Notes under the pieces: generated by a model
What the model was told of the DNA's origin: nothing
Seen by the model: only the letters and a program-made list of their open reading frames with translations
Database searches by the model: none
Program-made: the position numbers and the translations under genes
Source: Deltaproteobacteria bacterium
GTDB taxonomy: Bacteria; Myxococcota_A; UBA9160; SMWR01
DNA: 64,000 bases
Reading direction: 5' to 3'
NCBI GenBank assembly: GCA_032128375.1
Contig: JAQBGU010000188.1
Span: 16,996 to 80,995 of the forward strand
In this document: piece by piece, positions 37,916 through 45,401 of the stretch
Numbering within the stretch: position 1 is the stretch's first letter
Layout: each line of letters begins with the position of its first letter

Positions 37916-39013
37916 TTGGATCGAGAAATGAAAGAAGGCTACGACGATATCAGCAACACGGTTGTGATTCGCGCCGCGAGGAGCGACGAAGCGAGTTTGC
38001 TCAGCGAAATCGCGCTTCGTTCGAAAGCGCATTGGGCGTACTCGGAAGAGTTCATGCGGTCGTGTCGCGAAGAACTCACAGTGAAAAAGGAATGCATCGA
38101 CGACAACCCAACGTTTGTCTGCGAGCGCGAGGGGGTCGTGGTTGGCTACTACACACTGGAGCCACGCTCGCGTTTCAGAGTCGAATTGGAGCATTTGTTC
38201 GTCGAGCCGACGTCGATCGGTCGTGGCTATGGACGCCGGCTCATCGACCACGCCGTCGGACAGGCCAGAGCGGGCGGCTACCGTGTGATAGAGACACAGG
38301 CCGATCCAAATGCCGAACCCTTTTATCTATCCTGCGGCGCCGTTCGCGTCGGCACGAAACCTTCGCAGAGCATTCCCGACCGGGCGCTCCCACTGCTCGA
38401 ACTCGACTGCGAAATCGGCGACTTCCGACTCGCCCGTCCCCACATCGACTTTCGCGATTCGTTTCTGGAGATGGCGCACGAGTTCGAGTCCGAAGGCGAC
38501 GCGCGCTATTCGCTCGGGCTGTCCGACTTAGAAACTTATTTGGTCAGCGCCCGGAAACGGGCAGCGGGTGCGAACCTGCCACCGGACCGAGTCCGAATGG
38601 ACGAATGGTGGCTGATCGATGGAACCCGTGTACTCGGCGGGGGCCGACTCCGCCACAGACTGACACCGGGTCTCGAACTCGACGGTGGCCACATCGGCTA
38701 CGACGTTCGCCCGTCCGCGCGCTGCAGGGGGTACGGTCATCAGATCCTCGGTCTCCTGCTCGCGAAGGCGGCCGTGAACACGCTCGACCGCGTATTGATC
38801 ACCTGCGAAACGACGAACAGAGCCTCGGCGCGGATCATCGAGGCCGCCGGGGGAAGCCCGATCGACAATGCAGTGTCACCGAACACCGGAAACGAGATGC
38901 TCCGATTCTGGGTTTCCACGACCCATTTGGCAGATCAATCCGGTGAAACGACGAGGCTCTCGAAGTCGGCGAAGTCGGCGAAGTCCGCGAAGTGCGCAAA
39001 AGCCTTGTCCTGA
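37916..39013 (+). CDS. Tandem GNAT-domain N-acetyltransferase with an (S/A)K-repeat tail
   Basis: First GNAT: 'LFVEPTSIGRGYGRRLIDHAV...NAEPFYLSCGAVRVG'. Second GNAT: 'HIGYDVRPSARCRGYGHQILGLLL...NRASARIIEAAGG'. C-terminus 'SKSAKSAKSAKCAKALS'. Confidence 0.75.
   Translation: MDREMKEGYDDISNTVVIRAARSDEASLLSEIALRSKAHWAYSEEFMRSCREELTVKKECIDDNPTFVCEREGVVVGYYTLEPRSRFRVELEHLFVEPTSIGRGYGRRLIDHAVGQARAGGYRVIETQADPNAEPFYLSCGAVRVGTKPSQSIPDRALPLLELDCEIGDFRLARPHIDFRDSFLEMAHEFESEGDARYSLGLSDLETYLVSARKRAAGANLPPDRVRMDEWWLIDGTRVLGGGRLRHRLTPGLELDGGHIGYDVRPSARCRGYGHQILGLLLAKAAVNTLDRVLITCETTNRASARIIEAAGGSPIDNAVSPNTGNEMLRFWVSTTHLADQSGETTRLSKSAKSAKSAKCAKALS
38961..38996. repeat. 9-bp in-frame tandem repeat CGAAGTCGG x4 (last two copies diverged)
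   Basis: Read directly. It encodes the AKS repeats at the 3' end of the tandem-GNAT gene. Confidence 0.9.
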
Positions 39014-39061
39014 CTTCGGAGATTTCATGGGCGAGATCAACTGGCGGAATCGGACCCGGAA

Positions 39062-39700
39062 TCAGGCCGCGACGGTCGCGTCGAAGTAGGGGCGATCTCC
39101 GTCGACCACACAGCGCCGGACTTCGCGTTCGCGGCTCCCCGATGGCGCGGTGCACGGTGGATCGCTCGTCCCAGATTGCGAGATCGCCCGGCTTCCAGCT
39201 CCAACGACAATGGAAGCGCGGCTGCTCGATGTGTTCTCGCACCATCCGAAGAATGGCGTCACTCTCGTGGGACTCGAGCCCAACGATGTGACGCATGAAG
39301 CCGCCGCCGAAGAAGATCGCTCGCTTGCCGGTTTCGCCACCTTGGGCGGCTGCGGGGTCGAGGTGACGTCCGTGTGCCAATTGTCGGCCGACGGCGGGCT
39401 GTCGGGTCCATCTTGAATTACCTGGAACGAGCCCTGGGTCGACCCCAATAGCTTCATCAGCGGAGCACACTGATGTCTCCCCAACGTTCCGCGAGCGCGA
39501 TGTGCTGCTCATCCGACAGCTTGGTTTCGCGAAAGAACAGCACCTGGTGTTCGAGCAGTGCAGTGTGGATCTGCTCGAAGAGTTCCCCTTCGTTTGGATT
39601 CTAACACGAAGCGCATCGCGCAGCGCACGCGAGCGCCGCCCGGTGCCGGTGAAAGGAGGCAACAGTGACAGTCCCGCCCTATGTTCTTCCCTGACCCGAT
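39062..39700 (-). pseudogene. TauD/TfdA-family Fe(II)/2-oxoglutarate dioxygenase remnant (frameshifts plus an internal deletion)
   Basis: Blocks lie in different minus-strand frames: NPNEGELFEQIHTALLEHQVLFFRETKLSDEQHIALAERWGD, then SADNWHTDVTSTPQPPK, then GKRAIFFGGGFMRHIVGLESHESDAILRMVREHIEQPRFHCRWSWKPGDLAIWDERSTVHRA, then REVRRCVVDGDRPYF*. The region normally found between the WHTD block and the C-terminal half is missing. Confidence 0.65.
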
Positions 39701-40025
39701 GCCTACGATTCATTTTGCCGGACAGACAGTCGAGTGCCCCGAAGGCGCGAACCTCCGCTTCGTACTGTTGCGTGCGCGCCTGCCCCTCTACCACCGCGTC
39801 GCGCGTGCGGTCCACTGCCGAGGTCGAGGGACCTGCGGGACTTGCGCAGTGAAAATCGAGGGCGAGGTTTCGGAACCCACCAGCGCCGAACGGCTGCGCC
39901 TCTCTCTACCTCCCCACAACAGCGAATCGGGGCTGCGACTGGCCTGCCAGTGCAAGGTGCTGGGCGACCTGAAAGTCACGAAGTATCAGGGGTTGTTCGG
40001 CCAACGGGACGAACCCATCGACTGA
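39699..40025 (+). CDS. Plant-type 2Fe-2S ferredoxin-domain protein
   Basis: 'CRGRGTCGTCAVKIEG' (C-x4-C-x2-C) plus the distal 'RLACQC'. About 108 aa from the ATG at 39699 (track start 39681). Confidence 0.75.
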   Translation: MPTIHFAGQTVECPEGANLRFVLLRARLPLYHRVARAVHCRGRGTCGTCAVKIEGEVSEPTSAERLRLSLPPHNSESGLRLACQCKVLGDLKVTKYQGLFGQRDEPID

Positions 40026-40113
40026 TCTCCCGGCGTTCGCGGTGTCTACTGCCGGATGAGCTCGATCCACTACCGGCTGACGCCTTTCGCCATGCCTCCG
40101 AGATGTACGCCGT

Positions 40114-40554
40114 TCAGCGGTCCGGATTCCATTCTCCAGTCGGCGGCGGCGGCCGGCCGTCGAACTCGGGAAGTTCATCGCTGGTTTCAAACCAGTCGGC
40201 CTTCTGTGCAACGAACGCGTGTCGAAACGGACGCGTACCGGGGTCGTCATCGAGGATGCCAGCCCTCAGGACCGAAAACGGCGTATCGCCGAGTCGGGCC
40301 GGCAGTGGCGCACCGCAAGTCCGACAGAACGCTACTTGATAAGCCGGAGGCTCGGATAGGATCGGCGCCTCGTATCGCGAAATGAGTTCCTCCCCTCGAA
40401 CCCAGTGGAGCTGGTCTGTATACACCAACATTTCCGGAGAAAATGCCGCACCGCTGGCTTTTCGGCAGCGCAACGCGTGACAGTACTGAATCGGGGTGAC
40501 CTCCCCTTCGATCTCGAACGCGACACTTCCACACAAACAGCTGCCTCGAACCAT
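40114..40554 (-). CDS. GFA (glutathione-dependent formaldehyde-activating/CENP-V-like) family protein
   Basis: 'GSCLCGSVAFEIEG', 'YCHALRCRKASGAAF' and 'AFCRTCGAPL' are the Zn-binding Cys pattern of the GFA family. The start could be 40554, 40593 or 40665. Confidence 0.8.
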   Translation of the reverse strand: MVRGSCLCGSVAFEIEGEVTPIQYCHALRCRKASGAAFSPEMLVYTDQLHWVRGEELISRYEAPILSEPPAYQVAFCRTCGAPLPARLGDTPFSVLRAGILDDDPGTRPFRHAFVAQKADWFETSDELPEFDGRPPPPTGEWNPDR

Positions 40555-40655
40555 CGGATCCCTCCAGGTCCTTCGAGTGGCCAATTCGGTCATACTATCG
40601 GAAACCTCTTGCTTACGTACGAGCGCTGTGATCGCCCTTTTTTCTATTCGAACAC

Positions 40656-40994
40656 ATGCAACCACCGGGCGCAGAGTACCAAGGCGAGCCGACAGACATC
40701 GAGATCAGCCCGAGCCACCCCGCAGGCTGGCTCCACCACTTCGCGTTTTGGACCGAGGGCAACGATGCCCTGCTCGAACGGCTCACCCGGGACGGGCACA
40801 ATTTCGAAGTCGTGCAGCGCTACGGCACCGACCATTCGGTTCTTTCGACCCACGCGATTCCCGGCACGATGATCCAGCTGATGCATGCGACAGACGCCTA
40901 CGCCGGGTTGTTCGAGATGATCCGTTCAGCCAGCACGGCCTGGGATGGCGCAAATTCGATCCGCAGTTTGGGTGGCCGCAGTTCGGGTGAATAG
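40656..40994 (+). pseudogene. VOC/glyoxalase-family C-terminal fragment (N-terminal half absent)
   Basis: 'GWLHHFAFWTEGNDALLERLTRDGHNFE...IPGTMIQLMH...WDGANSIR' resembles the second half of VOC-family proteins. There is no room upstream for the first half because the GFA gene abuts. Confidence 0.4.
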
Positions 40995-41048
40995 CCGGAT
41001 GACCACAGGTCGGGTCGCGTAGGCCGCGCCCCCGGCTATCCTCCGGCT

Positions 41049-42329
41049 ATGTCGAATTCCGAACAATTCCCAGCCATCCGCACCGAGATCGGCGGCGTAT
41101 CGATCCATCGGCTCGCCGCCGAGTTTGGAACGCCCACCTTCGTTTACGATGCCGCACGAATCCATACGCAGATCGACGCGCTGCAGGCCTTCGACGTCAT
41201 TCGCTATGCGCAAAAGGCAAGTTCGAACCTGACGATATTGGACCTGTGCCGAAAGCGCGGCGTGCTCGTCGATGCGGTCAGTGAATTCGAGATCCGTCGG
41301 GCGCTCGCGGCGGGGTATCCGGTGGCGGCGCAAGACGGCGGCCCGCCTCCGATCGTCTATACCGCGGACATCTTCGACCAGGCAGTTCTCGATCTGGTTG
41401 TTGCACAAGGTGTGCATGTCAACTGCGGGTCCGCCCAGATGATCGATCAACTCGGCACACGCAGCCCTGGGGTTGGGATCACACTCCGCATCAATCCGGG
41501 TTTCGGTCACGGCCACAGCCAGAAGACCAATACGGGTGGTGAATCTTCTAAGCACGGAATCTGGTACGAGGATGTCCCTGACTGCGTCGAACGTGCTGCC
41601 CGATACGGCATCCGCATTGTCGGTCTGCATATGCACATCGGTTCGGGGACGGATTTCGAGCATCTGTCTCAGGTCTGCCACGCAATGGAAACCACCGCCG
41701 AGCAGGCAGGTGAACACCTCGAGAGCATCAGTGCCGGTGGCGGACTCCCGGTTCGTTACCGCGAAGATGATCCATCGATCGACGTTGACGCGTATTTCCA
41801 TCTGTGGGACAAGACGCGCAAGCGCATCGGACGACTGCTCGGGCGTCCAATCGGTCTGGAGATTGAGCCAGGGCGCTACATCAGCGCGGAGTCGGGCTAC
41901 CTGATCAGCGAAATTCGCGCCGTCAAGCAGATGGGAAAGAACCTCTTCTACCTGGTGGACGCCGGTTTCAACAACCTCCCGCGCCCGATTCTGTACGGAG
42001 CCTATCACCCGATCTCGATCGCTCCGGCCGACCCTGCGGCAGCGACCGTGCGCGACGAAGTCGACGCCGTGGTCGGTGGCCCGCTGTGCGAGTCAGGCGA
42101 CATCTTCACGCAGGAGGACGGCGGTTTCGTGGCGACCCGCAAGCTTCCGCGCGCCGAAGTCGGGGAGCACCTGGTCATCGAATGCGCGGGTGCGTATGCG
42201 TTCGTGATGGGCTCGAACTACAACTCCAAACCACTGGCCGCCGAGGTTCTGATTCGCGATGGAGAGGCACACCTGATCCGAGAGCGGCAGAGCTTCGACG
42301 ATCTGATTCGTGGTGAGCGGATTCTGTAG
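41049..42329 (+). CDS. lysA: Diaminopimelate decarboxylase
   Basis: 'FGTPTFVYDA..I..QI.AL.AFDVIRYAQKASSNLTILDL', 'HMHIGSG', 'EPGRY' and 'GPLCESGD' are blocks of the group IV PLP decarboxylase LysA type. 426 aa. Confidence 0.93.
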   Translation: MSNSEQFPAIRTEIGGVSIHRLAAEFGTPTFVYDAARIHTQIDALQAFDVIRYAQKASSNLTILDLCRKRGVLVDAVSEFEIRRALAAGYPVAAQDGGPPPIVYTADIFDQAVLDLVVAQGVHVNCGSAQMIDQLGTRSPGVGITLRINPGFGHGHSQKTNTGGESSKHGIWYEDVPDCVERAARYGIRIVGLHMHIGSGTDFEHLSQVCHAMETTAEQAGEHLESISAGGGLPVRYREDDPSIDVDAYFHLWDKTRKRIGRLLGRPIGLEIEPGRYISAESGYLISEIRAVKQMGKNLFYLVDAGFNNLPRPILYGAYHPISIAPADPAAATVRDEVDAVVGGPLCESGDIFTQEDGGFVATRKLPRAEVGEHLVIECAGAYAFVMGSNYNSKPLAAEVLIRDGEAHLIRERQSFDDLIRGERIL

Positions 42330-42460
42330 TCATGCTGCGGTACCCGAGCAGGACCGAACCAGTCCAAAGCAGTCGGGCAACCGTGGGTTCTCATTCGCGC
42401 GCTTTTTGCACTCGCGGCTCTGGCCGGACGCCGCACTTTTGGGGGCGAACGAAGTGGCTG

Positions 42461-42826
42461 CTAGAACTTCCCCTTGCGGCCTTTCTTCGGAAGCCCATGA
42501 GTCAGCTCCAGAGCTTTGTCGACGACTGCCTTGGCCGCTGCGTGAATGTCCGAATAGCACTCGTCCTGCAACTGGTGTTTCGCTGTACTGAAGTCTCCGG
42601 CCTTGAATGACGTGATCGCACGAGGCCGCAGCGAGAACACATGCGCCATGTTGACAGCGAGCGATGAAACCTTCGTATCAGCGGACTTCGTTTCGACTTC
42701 GCGTGGCGGGGTCTTCTTCGAAGCAGCTTTCAGCTCGGCCTTCTTGGTCGCCTTTTGCGCTGTCTTCTTGGCCGTTTTCTTGGCCGTTTTCTTCCCGATC
42801 TTCGTCGCGGTCTTGTTGGCTGCCAT
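42461..42826 (-). CDS. Small basic protein with a histone H1/AlgP-like Lys-Ala-Thr repeat N-terminus
   Basis: 'MAANKTATKIGKKTAKKTAKKTAQKATKKAELKAASKK' is followed by a non-repetitive ~70-aa region and a basic end 'LPKKGRKGKF'. 121 aa. Confidence 0.6.
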   Translation of the reverse strand: MAANKTATKIGKKTAKKTAKKTAQKATKKAELKAASKKTPPREVETKSADTKVSSLAVNMAHVFSLRPRAITSFKAGDFSTAKHQLQDECYSDIHAAAKAVVDKALELTHGLPKKGRKGKF

Positions 42827-42887
42827 GCCGAGAAGAGTAGCGTGACGCGTTGTGAATTGCTGGACGCATGCGTGTAACTTCGCAGCG

Positions 42888-43283
42888 ATGAAGATCGCGC
42901 ACGAAGTCGAATGGCAAGGAGGAATCGATGGTCGGCTGGTGGTCGGGGCCCCCAGGCATGAGACTCGATCCGCCAGTGAGTTTCTCGACTATGTGGAAGC
43001 CAGCGCTTCGGCCTTCGACACCGCCGAACTCGAACGCATCGGAAGCTGCGCCTACTTCGCCGCCGTTTGCGAGGTGCGCTCTACGACTGCCGGATTCGTA
43101 CTGGCCGCCGCGGACCAGGTGATCAATCCTGCGACGTGGGTTTCGAGCGACGCGGCGCGCAATGCCGCGTTCCAAGCTGGAATCGCCAGGGTCCGCGACT
43201 ACCTGATCAGAATTCGCGCCGAACCCGGCGGAACACTGGCCGACGCGGCTCTGGGCTACATCAAGCTGCTTGCAGTTCCGTGA
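42888..43283 (+). CDS. Hypothetical protein
   Basis: Balanced, protein-like composition (MKIAHEVEWQGGIDGRLVVG...). The overlapping minus-strand ORF is Arg-rich shadow. No family recognised. Confidence 0.45.
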   Translation: MKIAHEVEWQGGIDGRLVVGAPRHETRSASEFLDYVEASASAFDTAELERIGSCAYFAAVCEVRSTTAGFVLAAADQVINPATWVSSDAARNAAFQAGIARVRDYLIRIRAEPGGTLADAALGYIKLLAVP

Positions 43284-43478
43284 GAGCGTCTGGTGCACCC
43301 CGGTCGCCCAACACGGAACTGCGCACCGATCTCGATTCAGATTTATTCGGAGACCCGCTACCCATCGGGACAATCCGCGAGCCGACATCGATGGCACGTC
43401 CCTTTCTGGCATCAAGTCCGGCTGGAGGAGCCGCAATTGTGCCAGCGCCAAGCCGGTCGTTCGGGCTAGACTGGACCG

Positions 43479-44000
43479 ATGTCGACCGCGGTTCGCCTGG
43501 CACTCATTTGTTCATTGGTCGTCCCGTGTGTGGCCTGTGACCAGGCCACGAAGGTCATCGCGACGCGCGTACTGGAAAGCGGCCCGATCGAGTTCTTCGG
43601 GGGGCTCGTGCAGTTCCGGCTGGTACACAATACGGGTGCGTTCTTGAGTCTCGGCGAGCACCTGCCAGAGAACGTTCGCGACCTGATATTTCAGGGTATT
43701 GTGCCGCTGTTGTTAGCCATCGCAGTGATTTTGCTGGCGCGCTCCATGGCGCCGACCCGCACGGCCATCGTCGGCGCGTCACTGATCTTGGGCGGCGGGC
43801 TCGGCAACTTCATCGATCGGACCATGCACGAAGGCGGCGTAGTCGACTTCGTCAGCATCGGGTTTTCTGGGCTTCACACCGGCGTGTTCAACCTCGCCGA
43901 CGTTGCCATCGTCGCCGGCGTGTTGATGGTAATGTGGGAACAGCGCAAGATCCCAGATCAGGTCGAGACGACGACAACCCGCGGCCTGCTCCAAGACTAG
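43479..44000 (+). CDS. lspA: Lipoprotein signal peptidase (signal peptidase II)
   Basis: 'LGGGLGNFIDR' and 'VVDFVSIG.....GVFNLADVAIVAGV' are conserved LspA blocks. 4 TM. 173 aa. Confidence 0.88.
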   Translation: MSTAVRLALICSLVVPCVACDQATKVIATRVLESGPIEFFGGLVQFRLVHNTGAFLSLGEHLPENVRDLIFQGIVPLLLAIAVILLARSMAPTRTAIVGASLILGGGLGNFIDRTMHEGGVVDFVSIGFSGLHTGVFNLADVAIVAGVLMVMWEQRKIPDQVETTTTRGLLQD

Positions 44001-44097
44001 CCGGCCAGCAGCCGGACCCAAGATGGGTCGGACGACGTGGAAGCTTTCGCCGCGCTGCGGCGAACGGTGCGACTAGCGACGCGGGCGTATTGACGCT

Positions 44098-44478
44098 CTA
44101 TGAGGTCTCCGAGGCCGCCTCCGCAATCGATTTTTCGACGACGCCGATCATGCTTGCGGCCCGCGGGTAGCCGACGTACTGGACCAGGAAAATCAGCACC
44201 TCGCGGACCTGTTCGGGTGTCAATTCTCCGTTCTTGATCGCGGCCTTCGATTGGATCCCGAACGTCATCGACTCACCCAGCGCTGCGATCGCGCCCAGTA
44301 GCAGCAGGCGGCGATCGCGCATGCTGAGCACGTCACGCGTCCAGACCTCGGCGAACAACTGTTCGAGCATGATATCGGCGAAAGCCGACTTCCCGGGCAG
44401 CGGAATCGGAACGTCGCCGGCATAGACTTCTTTGATTTTCTCCTCGCCGCGCTTGCGCCGCTCTGAAGCTTCGGACAT
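44098..44478 (-). CDS. Carboxymuconolactone decarboxylase (CMD) family protein
   Basis: 'VWTRDVLSMRDRRLLLLGAIAALG......HI.AAIKNGELTPEQVREVLIFLVQYVGYPRA' pattern is typical of gamma-CMD-like proteins. 126 aa. Confidence 0.85.
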   Translation of the reverse strand: MSEASERRKRGEEKIKEVYAGDVPIPLPGKSAFADIMLEQLFAEVWTRDVLSMRDRRLLLLGAIAALGESMTFGIQSKAAIKNGELTPEQVREVLIFLVQYVGYPRAASMIGVVEKSIAEAASETS

Positions 44479-44522
44479 CGTGGCTCTCCGTATGGGTCGT
44501 GTGCAGGGTTCACCGAATCCAA

Positions 44523-45017
44523 TCAGTAGAGCTTCACGTCTCTATCGAGCACGGTCATCCGCTCGGCGCGCTCAGCATTGCGAATCGCATCATCACAGGC
44601 GCGTCGGACGATTTCCGATAGAGGAGCCAGGATCCGGTCGGATGTTTTGAAACCAGATTTCGCTCGGATGTATTCCTTCAACCGGCTCGCAACAATGAGG
44701 ATCTCTGTCGGCACGTCTGCGTCTCGTGTCGGTGGGGGTGTCTCGCGACCAATCCGCCTCGTGCCGGTGCTTGCCTTCGCGATTTCCCGGACCGGCGGTT
44801 CGGGCACCGCGGCAGTCTTGGGTGCTTGCTGCTCTTCCGCCCAGGACTCTCGGTGATTCGCGCCGGGAAGATGCACCTCCCAGCACGTCACGCTGCAAAA
44901 CTGCAACGCAGTTCGCTTTCGATTGCACGTCGAGACGTTGCACGTCCAATAGGTCGTACCGAGCTCGATCGGGTTCTTGCAGGCGCTACAGCGTCTCCAC
45001 AGGTTGACTTCTTGCAC
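44523..45017 (-). CDS. Hypothetical Cys-rich (zinc-ribbon-like) protein with a C-terminal helical, histone-fold-like segment
   Basis: N-terminal 'CSACKNPI....YWTCNVSTCNRK...FCSVTCWEVH' Cys clusters, then a Pro/Ala-rich linker, then C-terminal 'ILIVASRLKEYIRAKSGFKTSDRILAPLSEIVRRACDDAIRNAERAERMTVLDRDV'. 164 aa. Confidence 0.55.
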   Translation of the reverse strand: MQEVNLWRRCSACKNPIELGTTYWTCNVSTCNRKRTALQFCSVTCWEVHLPGANHRESWAEEQQAPKTAAVPEPPVREIAKASTGTRRIGRETPPPTRDADVPTEILIVASRLKEYIRAKSGFKTSDRILAPLSEIVRRACDDAIRNAERAERMTVLDRDVKLY

Positions 45018-45122
45018 CCAACACCTCCTCGGAGCGGGAGATTAGCTGAGCTTCGCCCTGCCCTCATGGTCACCTTTTGGTTCATCTGCGCAACGCCGGC
45101 AACGGAAGCAGCCATCCCCACG

Positions 45123-45401
45123 ATGGCGTACGACGAAGGACTCGCACAGCGAATCCGTAAAGCCCTCGACGACCGACCGGGGATCGCCGAACGCAAGATG
45201 TTCGGGGGCCTGTGCTTCGGGCTGAACGGCAACATGGCGTGCGGAGTCACAGGTGACGAACTGATGGTTCGCGTCGGTCCCGATGGGCACGCAGACGCAC
45301 TGAAAAGGCCGCACGCGTGCAAAAGGGATTTCACCGGCCGGCCCTACCTCTGCTCGTCGGCTCGGCGCCGATCGATTCCGCCGGGCTTCAAAATCGAGTA
45401 G
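45123..45401 (+). CDS. TfoX N-terminal-domain family protein (short; C-terminus atypical)
   Basis: 'MAYDEGLAQRIRKALDDRPGIAERKMFGGLCFGLNGNMACGVTGDELMVRVGPD' is typical of TfoX_N. The last ~25 codons overlap the convergent RND gene and look non-native. Confidence 0.6.
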   Translation: MAYDEGLAQRIRKALDDRPGIAERKMFGGLCFGLNGNMACGVTGDELMVRVGPDGHADALKRPHACKRDFTGRPYLCSSARRRSIPPGFKIE

